Source: Octopus sinensis (Eukaryota). From it: a stretch of DNA of 64,000 nt. Below the pieces are notes generated by a model. It was not told the origin of the DNA, made no database searches, and saw only the letters and a program-made list of their open reading frames with translations. Shown piece by piece: positions 52,114-64,000 of the stretch. The DNA is taken from assembly GCF_006345805.1 (NCBI RefSeq), contig NC_043010.1, forward strand, positions 66,960,001 to 67,024,000. Direction: 5' to 3'. The stretch's first letter is position 1. The number at the start of each line of letters is the position of its first letter. The position numbers were made by a program, and so were the translations under genes.

Positions 52114-52148
<35 letters not shown>

Positions 52149-52789
52149 ATATATATATATATAGGTATGTGTGTGTTGTGTGTGTGTGTGGTGTGTTGTG
52201 TGTGTGTGTGTGTGTGTTGTGTGTGATTTAGGTATGCATATGTATATATATGTATATATATATATATGTATGTATATATATTGATCATCAGTAAATCATA
52301 ATTCCAAAAGAGAAGCATACTCTAAGTTATACAGCTTTTGAGTATTTAGAGAAAGGTAGTTATGGGTCATAGGGTGCCCAGGGTTTCACTGAAGAGAGGT
52401 CATAGGCTACCAGCAATTAGGGTCTGATGAGACGAGTGTAAAGCTATGCACTTTGTGGACATGAAACCCTTGTTAGCCCAATGAACCAGACATAACTTTC
52501 TTTCTTTAAATATATATTTACATATGTGTGTGGTAAGAAGCTTGCTTTCCAACCACATGGTTCCGGGTTCAGTCCCACTGTGTGGCACCTTGGGAAAGTG
52601 TCTTCTACTATAGCCTCGGGCCAACCAAAGCCTTGTGAGTGGATTTGGTAGACGGAAACTGAAAGAAGCCTACCATATATATATATATATATAGCTAAAA
52701 TTTACAGAAAAACAAAAAACAAAGACAGGTGCATGAACAACAAGCAGGTATATTAGTTTGATGCTCAGGAAAAGGAAAAAGATGCCAGG

Positions 52790-53050
52790 AAAACGCAAGT
52801 AAGACTCAAAAGAGATCTAAGGAAGAATGTAATGATCGAGAAGGTGAATCACAATGACCTTTTTGTGTGCACAGTCTGTGACAGACCATGCCTGTCTTTT
52901 GCTGGGCTCAAATCTCATTTGTGAACCCATGGAAAACGAACCTCCACCAACAATTCTGCCTCTATGTCTGTGCACACCTTTGAAGGCAGTGTATGCCAGA
53001 AGGTTTGCAAATCCAACAGAGGCCTCAAAAGACATGTTAAGATCCCTTAT
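52790..53050 (+). mobile_element. Decayed RTE-type LINE C-terminus with two C2H2-like motifs
   Basis: FVCTVCDRPCLSFAGLKSHL*TH and FEGSVCQKVCKSNRGLKRHVKIP. Confidence 0.55.
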
Positions 53051-53295
53051 CTGTAGGTCTCGGTGGTCCAAATCAGAAGTGGGTGCCTTTTCAGAACATT
53101 GTCTGGTTTAAAAAGCTACATAAGACACCATGATGGTGCTAAGGTGTAGGTGCAGGAGGTGGTCAAATTCTATATAAGGAGTAGACAACCACCATGTATG
53201 TATATATGTATGTATATCATCATCATCATCGTTTAATGTCTATCTTCCATGCATGCATGGGTAACAGCCTTGTGAGTGGATTTGGTACAGAAAAC

Positions 53296-53328
<33 letters not shown>

Positions 53329-54319
53329 TGTATGTATGTATGTATGTATGTATGTATGTATGGTATGTATCTATATATATATATATATAATATATATACA
53401 CACACCACACCAAGTATGTATGTATGTTGATGTATGTATGTATGTATGGTATGTATGTCTGTCTGAATGTATGTATGTATATATGTATATATTATATATA
53501 TATACACACATTCACACACATATATATATATACGTATGTATGTATACACACAACAGATTTCTTTTTCACATTCTGTCAAGCAAATTGACTCACAACAGGG
53601 AATGGCATTATTTGACCCAAGGCTGGAGTAGAAGACACTTGCACAGGTTGCATATGGTAGAACCCAAAAAACTCAGATTCACAGGCCATGAATTGAACTG
53701 AACACAGTAAAGATCATTTCTCATACATAAAGGAATACTGTCAGACGTGCACGAAATGAAACTACTACTGCCACACCACAGCCAGTCTATGAGTGTCTAG
53801 TTCTGTGTTGAATTAGATGGAGGGAAGCATACATGTGAAAATGACTGGACGACTATGTTTATTGTTAGTAATGTGTGAGTGATGTAAGTTGATGGCAAGC
53901 TTCCAAAGGGCTGTACACATGCCACAAATCTGAATGCAGATTAAGCCATTTCACTTCAGCTTACATACAACTTCAGACAATTTATTTAACAGGTTGAAGA
54001 AGGATGGTCTCCACTGCCAAAGTAATTTGCCATTTACTCACAACATAGGTCCAGGAGTGGCTGTGTGGTCACCATGATAGATCGTTAGTCACTACACACA
54101 TTTTTTTTCTCTCCTTGTTTTTTCTGTGTCCCTTTCTGTAGAAGAGCATAGGCTTGAAACGTAAAAGACTTTTTCTATTCCTGAGCTGGAATATACTAAT
54201 ACCATCTGTTTGTTCTGTACAACCACCTACCTTCGTCTTTTGCTTTTTTCGTAAACTCTCCCTATATATATATATGTGTGTGTATGTGTATATATATATA
54301 TATATACTTATCTATATGT

Positions 54320-54380
<61 letters not shown>

Positions 54381-54398
54381 TACATATATTATATGTAT

Positions 54399-54443
<45 letters not shown>

Positions 54444-54542
54444 ATATTATATATATACATATATATATATAAATATACATATAATATGGTATATATATAT
54501 AATATATATATATGTATAATATATACATATACATATATATCT

Positions 54543-54592
<50 letters not shown>

Positions 54593-54734
54593 CACACATA
54601 TATATATATATATAAACCCCTTGCTACGGCAGTGCACATACATACATATATATGTACATACATGCATACATACATAACCTTACAAACATACATATACATA
54701 CATAGATACACACACACACATATATATCAAATTC

Positions 54735-55548
54735 AATGACTGGCATCCGTGCTAGTGGAGTGCTAAGAGCACTATCTGAGCATGATCGTTGCCAGCGTCA
54801 CCTTACTGGCACATGAAAAAGCATTTGAGCGAGGTTGTTGCCAGTGCTGCTGGACTGGCTCCTGTGTAGGTCGCACATAAAAAAATACCGTTTGAGCGTG
54901 GCCATTGCCAGTACCGCCTGACTGGCCCTCGTGCTGGTGGCACATAAAAGTACCCACTACACTCTCAGAGTTGTTGGCATTAGGAAGGGCATCCAGCTGT
55001 AGAAACTCTGCCAGATCAGATTGGAGCCTGGTGCAGCCATCTGGTTTGCCAGTCCTCAGTCAAATCGTCCAACCCATGCTAGCATGGAAAGCAGATGTTA
55101 AACGATGATGATGATGATGATGATACTTTGGATCATAGGGCGACATGTGGTGCTTGAGGATACCTATTGAGTCAGGTACATCAACATCAATTAAAATCAA
55201 ATCAAATGGAAATTGTAGTTGTGACCCCCATGCCGGTAGATTGTAAAAAGCACCATCTGAACATGGCTGATGCCAGTGCCGCTTTGATTGGCTTCCATAC
55301 CAGTGGCACGTAACAAGCACCATCCACTTGTGTTCGATGCCAGCTCCTCTGACCCCTGTGCCAGTAGCACGTAAAAAGCACCCACTACACTCTCGGAGTG
55401 GTTGATGTTAAGAAGGGCACCCAGCTGTAGAAACACTGCCAGATCAGATTGGGGCCTGGTGCAGCCTCCTGGCTTCCCTGACCCCAGTTGAACCGTCCAA
55501 CCCATGCCAGTATGGAAAACGGACGTTAAACGATGATGATGATGATGA
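54735..55548 (+). mobile_element. Two tandem RTE 3'-UTR copies ending in (GAT)n
   Basis: cccactacactctcggagtggttggcgttaggaagggcatccagctgtagaaac...aacccatg...aaacgatgatgat; also at 62707-63100 (+), 63705-63925 (-), 50160-50405 (-). Confidence 0.85.
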
Positions 55549-55766
55549 TATGAGAAAATGGACTATACAGAACAGGAGGAGACATGTGGGAAGAAGAGTT
55601 GTTGAAGAGGTTACAGGTGTGTGATGAAAGATTTCCTGACAATAGACGCTAAAACAAGAACAATAATAAATCTGAAGTGAAGAATGAATATATAGTACAT
55701 GTGTTTATTTGGCAAAAAAAACAACAAAGGAAAATGACCATCCTGAAATATGACAATATACATACA

Positions 55767-55798
<32 letters not shown>

Positions 55799-56181
55799 CA
55801 CAAACAAAACACCCTGTTATTGATGTGGAAATTCCAATGAAGGAATCTTGGATCTAGGTTAGAAACCGGTTCTTTCTCTATTGGCAAGAAATCTTGAAAT
55901 AAACTGAATAATGACATACATACCTACATACATACATACATACATACATAAATACATACATACATAAATACATACATACATACATACATACATACATACA
56001 TACATAAATACATACATGAATACATACATACAGTAGAATAGGAAATAAAAAGTCCTTGGTACAGTATCATATATTTGAAAAAATAAATAGAAATGTTTTT
56101 TCTGATAATTTAAAAAAGCCATTTCTATTCCGTTTCACAAGCATATATATGTGTGTGTGTGTGTGTATATTTTTATATGTT

Positions 56182-56215
<34 letters not shown>

Positions 56216-56236
56216 ATGTATATATATATATATATC

Positions 56237-59200
56237 TATCATCATCATCATCATCATCATTAGCGTCCGTTTTCCATGCTAGCATGGTTGGACGGTTTCA
56301 ACTGGGGTCTGGGGAGCCGAAGGCTGCACCAGGCCAGTCAGATCTGGCAGTGTTTCTACAGCTGGATGCCCTTCCTAACGCCAACCACTCCGAGAGTGTA
56401 GTGGGTGATTTTATGTGCCACCGACACAGGTGCCAGACGAGGCTGGCGAACGGCCACGCTCGGAGGTGTTTTTATGTGCCACCGACACAGGTGCCAGACG
56501 AGGCTGGCAGACGGCCACGCTCGGATGGTGTTTTTATGTGCCACCGACACAGGTGCCAGATGAGGCTGGCAGGTGCCAGACGAGGTGGCAGACGGCCACG
56601 CTCGGATGGTGTTTTTATGTGCCACCGACACAGGTGCCAGATGAGGCTGGCGGACGGCCACGATCGGATGGGTTTGTTACGTCCCCAAAGCACGGAGGCC
56701 AGTCTATGCGGTACTGGCTACGGCCACGTTCGGATGATTTTCTTGTGTGCCACCGGCACTGGTACCACAAAGATACAAATTCCATTTATGCTCATCTATT
56801 TTGATTTGCTTTGATTTGATTTGATTTTCACTTGCCTCAACAGGTCTTCACAAGTGTCACTTGCCTCAACAGTCTTCACAAGTGTCACAAGAAGGAAGGT
56901 ATGCACAGGTGGACTGTCTACGTCGCCGGGTCTTCGGATGGTGTCTTTATGTGCCACCGACACAGGTGCCAGATGTGGCTGGCGAACGGCACGACTCGGA
57001 TGGGTTTTCTTGTGTGCCACCGGTACTGGACCACAAAGAACAAATTCCATTGATGTTCATCATTTTGATTTGGTTTGATTTTGATTTCACTTGCCTCAAC
57101 AGGTCTTCACAAGTGTCACGCGTGTCACACACTTGCCTCAACAGGTCTCCACAAGTGTCACACACTTGCCTCTGCCTCAACAGGTCTTCACAAAGTGTCA
57201 CACACTTGCCTCTGCCTCAACAGGTCTTCACAAGTGTCATAAGAGGGAAGGTATGCACAGGTGGACTGACTACGTCGCGGGTCTTTGGATGGTGTTTTTA
57301 TGTGCCACCGACACAGGTGCCAGTGTGAGGCTGGCGAACGGCACGATCAGATGGTGTTTGTTGTGCCCACGCACGGAGGCCAGTCGATGCGGTACCAGCT
57401 ACGGCCACTTCGGATGGTTTTCTTGTGTGCCACGGTACTGAACACACAAAGATACAAATTCCATTGATATTCATCTATTTTGATTTGGTTTGATTTTTTG
57501 ATTTGATATTTTCACTTGCCTCAACAGGTCTTCACAAGTGTCACACACTTGCCTCAACAGGTCTTCACAAGTGTCATAAGAGGGAAGGTATGCACAGGTG
57601 GACTGACTACGTCGCCGGTCTCGGATGGTGTCTTTATGTGCCACCGGCACAGGGCCAGATGAGGCTGGCGAACGGCCACGATCGGATGGTGTTTGTTGTG
57701 CCCCACAGCACGGAGGCCAGTCGATGCGGTACTGGTTACGGCCACGTTTGGGGTGGTTTTCTTGTGTGCCACCGGCACTGGTACCACAAAGAATACAATT
57801 CCACTGATGTTCATCTATTTTGATTTGTTTTGATTTGATTTGATTTTCACTTGCCTCAACAGGTCTTCATAAGTGTCACAAGAAGGAAGGTATGCACAGG
57901 ACTGACTACGTCCCAGGTCGGGGCACGGGTTATGGCCTGACTAGTTTTGCCGGGTCTTCTCATGCACAGCATACTTCCATAGGTCTCGGTCTCTAGACAT
58001 TTCCTTAGTGAGACCTAAATTCGAAGGTCGTGCTTCACCACCTCGTCCCAGGTTTCCTGGGTCTACCTCTTCCACAGGTTCCCTCCACTGCTAGGGTTTT
58101 AGCACTTTTGCACACAACTATCTTCAGCCTTTCTTGTCACATGACCATACCAGCGCAGCCGTCTCTCTTGCACGCCACAACTGACGCTTCTTAGGTTCAG
58201 CTTTTCTCTCAAGGAACTTACACTCTGACGATTATGAACACTCGACATTACACATCCATCGGAGCATACTGGCTTCATTTCTTGCGAGCTTACGCATATC
58301 CTCAGCAGTCACGGCCCATGTTTCACTACCATGTAGCATGGCTGTACGTACACATGCATCATACAGTCTGCCTTTACTCTGAGCGAGAGGCCTTTTGTCA
58401 CCAGCAGGGGTAAGAGCTCTCTAAACTTTGCCAGGCTATTCTTACTCTCTAGCAGTTCACTTTCAGCACACCCACCCCCGCTACTGACTTGTCTCCTAGG
58501 TAGCGGAAGCTATCAACTACTTCTAGTTTGTCTCCCTGGAACGTGGCAGAAGTTGGTCTCTGCATATTCCAGTGTTTATTGCTCCTGAGCATTTGCCACA
58601 GACAAAAACTATTTTCCTAGTTAGCCTTCCTTTGACATTGCTGCACCTCTTATGTGTCCATAGCTTACACTTGGTGCATCTTATAGAGTTTCTACCTACA
58701 CCTTTTTTACGATCGAGCAGGGCCATCTACCTGAAGGCGTTGTGATTGATCTACCTTCCTACTTATTAGAACTTTGGTTTTGCTAGGTTGATTCTAAGGC
58801 CCTTCGATTCTAATCCTTGTTTCCACACCTGGAACTTCTCCTCCCAGTTTGATAGTGACTCGCAATTAGAGCAAGGTCATCAGCATAGAGGAGCTCCCAG
58901 GGGCAACCTGTCTTGAATTCCTCCGTTATTGCCTGGAGGACTATGATAAATAGGAGGGGACTGAGGACTGAACCTTGGTGGACCCCAACCTCTACCCGGA
59001 ATTCTTCACTGTACTCGTTGCCCACCCTCACCTTACTAGCAGCGTCTCTGTACATGGCTTGCACAGCTCTCACCAACCATTCTTCTATCCCTAGTTTCCT
59101 CATTGACCACCAGATAAGGGACCGGGGGACCCTGTCAAAGGCTTTCTCCAAGTCAACAAAAGCCAGGTACAAGGGCTTATCTTTGGCTAGGTATTCTCCT

Positions 59201-60125
59201 GCAGCTGTCTTACCAGGAATATAGCATCAGTAGAGTACTTTTCCCTGGCACGAACCCAAACTGCATATCATCTAAGGTAACTCTCTCTCTAATTAGTTCG
59301 GCTACAACCCTCTCCGTAACTTCATTACCTGATCCAGCAGCTTGATGCCCCTGTAGTTATTTGTCTCTAGGCGTCGCCTTTACCTTTGTAGCAGTTGACT
59401 ATTATGCTGCTACAACACCAGTCATTGGGTATGACCCCCTCGTGTATTCACTGGTTAACTATACGGGTGACTAAGCTATAGCCGACACCACCAGATATTT
59501 TGAGCATCTCTGCAGTAATTCCTGATGGGCCTGGGGCTTTCCCTGTTTTCATGCTTCTAATTGCCTTATCTACTAAGGAACTGTTAACTCGGATTGCTGG
59601 TCCCTCTTGGGTCGACATTCGGCAGACTCTCTTATCCCATTCATTTTCTTCATTCAGCAACCTATCATAGTGGCGTCTCCAAGTCTCTCTCTTTGCCACC
59701 CTCATTAAGTGCAAGAAACCGTCCTCCTTGCGAACACATTCTCTCCTACCACCGTCACGATTCTCTCTCACACACTGTCTTGCAACACGAAATACCTCAA
59801 GTCTTTCATCTCACGACGCAGGACATTGGCAAATTTTTCTTCTCTGTCCCCTCTGGCTAGATAGACCTGTCTCCTGGCTTCCCTTCTGGCAGACTGATAC
59901 ACTTCCTGCTACCACCGTTCTTCCAGGCCTTCCAAGCCTGTTTCTTTTGTCTAATAGCCCTGTCAACAATATTGTTCCACCACCACGTTATTTTGGGTCT
60001 TAAGGGGACTTTGCACCAGCCACAGATCTGGTCAGCGGCTTTCAGCAGGTTGTCCCTCAGAAGCGTCCAGTTGTCTTCTACCCCTGCGTAGCTATACTCC
60101 CTTCCATTTCGTCTAAAGCTTCAAA
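56237..60125 (-). mobile_element. 5'-truncated RTE-clade LINE with expanded 3' UTR
   Basis: KAPGPSGITAEMLK, YLAFVDLEKAFDRVPR, GVHQGSVLSPLLF, LLYADDLALI, C-terminal GRGRPRKTW; (GAT)n tail at 56237-56260. Confidence 0.95.
56390..57905 (-). repeat. Hierarchical tandem array in the RTE 3' UTR
   Basis: About four 300-500-bp units, each with ~57-bp (ttatgtgccaccgacacaggtgccagatgaggctggc...) and ~28-bp (cacttgcctcaacaggtcttcacaagtgt) sub-repeats. Confidence 0.9.
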
Positions 60126-60282
60126 TAACATATATGTATATATATGAATGTATGTATATATATAGATATGCATATGTATAAAAAATGCGTATATATATGT
60201 ATATATGTATTCATATATATATATATCTATTTATATACATATATATATACATATATACATATATATACACATATATATATAC

Positions 60283-60333
<51 letters not shown>

Positions 60334-60526
60334 ATTTTATATATATATAACCACACACACACACATATACAGATAGATGTACATATATCTACATCTATGT
60401 ATATATACTACACATATATACATATACATATACACACACAAACAGTCATGTACATGTATAAACATATATAGGTCTGTTTGTGTGTATGTGTATACAGACA
60501 CATGCAACACATATATGTAAATATAT

Positions 60527-60576
<50 letters not shown>

Positions 60577-60841
60577 TATATTATATATATATATATATAA
60601 TAGATATATATATATATATGTATGTATATATTGTATTAATGTATACATGCTGTGTTTATGTATATACATGAAGTAACCAAGGAATAGATATGTAACACTC
60701 TCTATTGTCCCATAAAGGAATCGTTTAAGTGGCACTTTGAGAAGTTTTTCAAGCTGTAATTTCAAAGTTAATGCATGATCAGAGATGTGTATATATATGT
60801 CTGAACATGTCCGTGCAGCTTTTAGTTCATCCTAAATACAT

Positions 60842-60877
<36 letters not shown>

Positions 60878-61059
60878 GGCTCTCTCTCTCTCTCTCTCAC
60901 TCTTTCTATCTCTCTCTCACTCTTTCTATCTCTCTCTCACTCTTTCTATCTCTCTCTCTCACTCTTTCTATCTCTCTCTCTCTCACTCTTTCTATCTCTC
61001 TCTTTCCCCTTTCCCCCTTCTCCTGTTCTCTCTCCATGTTTTGCTCTTATCTGCTTTCC

Positions 61060-61620
61060 CTATGTATGTATGTATGTATGTATTTATGTATGTATGTATG
61101 TATGTATGTATGTATGTATGTATGTATGTATGTATGTATGTATGTATGTATGTATGTATGTATGTATGAATGCATGTATGTATGTATGTATGTATGTGTG
61201 TGTATGAATGAATGTATGTATGTATGAAAGTATATGTGTGTATGTATGTATGTATGTATGTATATATGTGTGTGTATGTGTGTGTATGTATGTATGTATG
61301 TATGTATGTATGTATGTATGTATGTATGAATGCATGTATGTATGTATGTATGTATGTATGTGTGTGTATGAATGAATGTATGTATGAAAGTATATGTGTG
61401 TATGTATGTATGTATGTATGTATGTATATATGTGTGTGTATGTGTGTGTATGTATGTATGTATGTATGTATGTATGTATGTATGTATGTATGTATGTATG
61501 AATGTATGTATGTATGTGTGTGTATGTGTGTGTATGTATGTCTGTATGTATGTATGTATGTATGTATGTATGTATGTATGTATGTGAATATGTATGTATG
61601 TATTTACATATGTATGTATG
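61060..61620. repeat. (TATG)n microsatellite with higher-order structure
   Basis: Interruption pattern gaatgcatg...gaatgaatg...gaaagtat recurs with ~160-170-bp period. Confidence 0.9.
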
Positions 61621-62446
61621 TACATTTGTAAGTATAATGCATATATATGTAATATATATGTGTGTGTATAGGCACAGGAGTGGCTTTGTGGTAAGAAGTT
61701 TGCTCCCCAGCCACATGGTTTTGGGTTTAGTCCCACTATGTGGCACCTTGGACAAGAGTCTTCTACTATAGTGGATTTGGTAGATGGAAACTAAAAGAAC
61801 CCCTTTGTATATATGTATTTGTGTGTCTATGTTTATCCCTCTATCATTGCTTGAGAACCTTAATTTAGTAGTTCGGCAGAAGAGCCCAATAGACTAAGTA
61901 CTAGGCTTACAAAGAATAAGTCCTGGAGTTGATTTGTTCGGTGCTCCAGCAGGGCCACAGGCAAATGGCTGAAACAATTCAAAGAGTATATAAAATTAAT
62001 ATAAACAGCAGGTTGCAATGTTTCACCAAAAGGGAGAATTCATCATCATCATCGTCACTTAACATCTGCTTTCCATGCTGGCATGGGTTGGAAGGTTTGA
62101 CAGAGTGCTGGCAAGCCAGAAGGCTGGGAAAATTATGATTGTCACTAAATGGGACCAGGGTGTTTAGAAACACTTACATTGCTAGAAATAAGAGTGAAAT
62201 TGCTCTAATGCTGTAGTTAAGGCATATGAATGAAAACATATTCACTAAGAGGGAGCATAATTGTACGAAAAGTAACCAACCGAGAATTCTTAATATGTAT
62301 ACACACACACGTATATTATATATATATATATATATATAACGGGAAGCTTTATGAAAATAAACAAAAGACGAAGGCAGGTGGAAAACAAACAACAATATAT
62401 ATTATATATATATATTATATATATATATATTATATATATATATGTG

Positions 62447-62492
<46 letters not shown>

Positions 62493-63182
62493 TATACTAT
62501 TATATATATTATATATATATATATATTATTATAGATATATATATATATAGATATATATATTAACTATGTATTATATATATATATATATATATATATAGAC
62601 TCATACATAGCACATACCATGGCTTCGGAGCCATAGTGGAAGACATGCCCAAGGTGCCGCGCAGTGTGACTGAACCTGGGACCATCTGTCGACCATAGTC
62701 GATTGGCTACCGTACCGGTGGCACATAAAAAGCACCATTCGAGCATGATCATTACCAGTGTCACCTTACTGGCACTTGTACCAGTGGCACATGAAAAACA
62801 ACATTCGAGTGAGGTCGTTGCCAGTGCCGCTGGACTGGCTCCTGTGTAGGTGGCACATGAAAAACACCATTTGAGCATGGCCATCGCCAGTACCGCCTGA
62901 CTGGCCCTCATACCAGTGGCATGTAAAAGTACCCACTACACTCTCGGAGTGGTTGGCGTTAGGAAGGGCATCCAGCCGTAGAAACTCTGCCAGATCAGAT
63001 TGGATCCTGGTGCAGCCATCTGGTTCACCAGTCCTCAGTCAAACCATCCAGCTAACATTGAAAGTGGATGTTAAACAATGAGGATGATGATGATGATGAC
63101 ACGTACACATATTTAAGTGTCGTCATATATATATATGTATGTATGTATATAAATATATATATGTATATAAACATATATATAT

Positions 63183-63222
<40 letters not shown>

Positions 63223-63226
<4 letters not shown>

Positions 63227-63544
63227 GTTATCGCCATACTATATGGCATTCTTATAAAATAAGAATAAGCTGTCCGCTTATTAGCTCCATGAGGCCATCG
63301 CCTTAAGTTAGCTATTTGATACACAAACTGTATCCATATAACCTTCGAACAAGGGAGGTCAGTCGCTCCACACTACTTGACCGGCAGCTACAGACGCGTT
63401 TCGGGTATTGCCCCTTTTCAGGTTATATGGGATACAGTTGTGTATCAAATAGCTAACTTAAGGCGATGGCCTCATGGAGCTAATAAGCGGACAGCTTGAT
63501 TCTTATTTTTATAAGAATGCCATATTAGTATGGCGATAACTATT
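63223..63544. repeat. Fold-back palindrome (~120-bp arms) with a hammerhead-like remnant in the ~80-nt loop
   Basis: atagttatcgccatact...catataacc / ggttatatgg...tatggcgataactat; minus strand CTGAAAA-g-ggg caata ccc-GAAA-cgcg-TC at 63393-63421. Confidence 0.85.
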
Positions 63545-64000
63545 ATTTTCCGGGAACGCTGCCGCTGTTCTCTTTTAGAGAGACTTAGTAATTTTAATAT
63601 TCATATATATATATATATTATATATATATATATATATAACGGTAAGCTTTATGAAAATAGACAAAAGACGAAGGCAGGTTTACGGAAATAAACAAAAGAC
63701 AATGCCCATCCTAACGCCAACCACTCCGAGAGTGTAGTGGGTACTTTTACATGCCACCGGTACGAGGGCTAGTCAGGTGGTACTGGCGATGGCCATGCTC
63801 AAATGGTGTTTTTTATGTGCCACCTGCACAGGAGCCAGTCCAGCGGCACTGGCAATGACCTCACTTGAATGTTGTTTTTCATGTACCACCGGTACAAGTG
63901 CCAGTAAGGTGATGCTGGTAATGATATATAAACATATAATATATATATATATATATATATACATATATATATAAACATACAAGCATATATTGATATGTAT

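Overview
Repeat-saturated, AT-rich eukaryotic DNA, by inference an octopus/coleoid cephalopod genome (typical SINE families, RTE LINE, long (TA)n/(TATC)n/(TATG)n tracts), with one 100-N gap. Almost all ORF-track entries are microsatellite translations. Real coding remnants are transposon-derived: a near full-length Tx1/L1-group LINE (12.3-18.5 kb), a 5'-truncated RTE LINE (56.2-60.1 kb, -), a Penelope-like GIY-YIG fragment, a CR1-group 3' end, two mariner derivatives and non-autonomous Helitrons. Only one plausible host coding exon (121-241, -) was seen. Most notable: several distinct (TA)n-embedded repeats carry type-I hammerhead ribozyme motifs. These include a ~478-nt tandem dimer with two near-canonical hammerheads (retrozyme/PLE-like) and fold-back palindromes whose arms carry hammerheads; many have an odd-length palindromic helix III that implies dimeric folding. 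The Tx1 LINE also shares its 3' ~50 nt with a resident SINE family and sits inside a (TATC)n tract. All alignments and folds were done by eye. Many single-base indels could be long-read consensus errors rather than decay.
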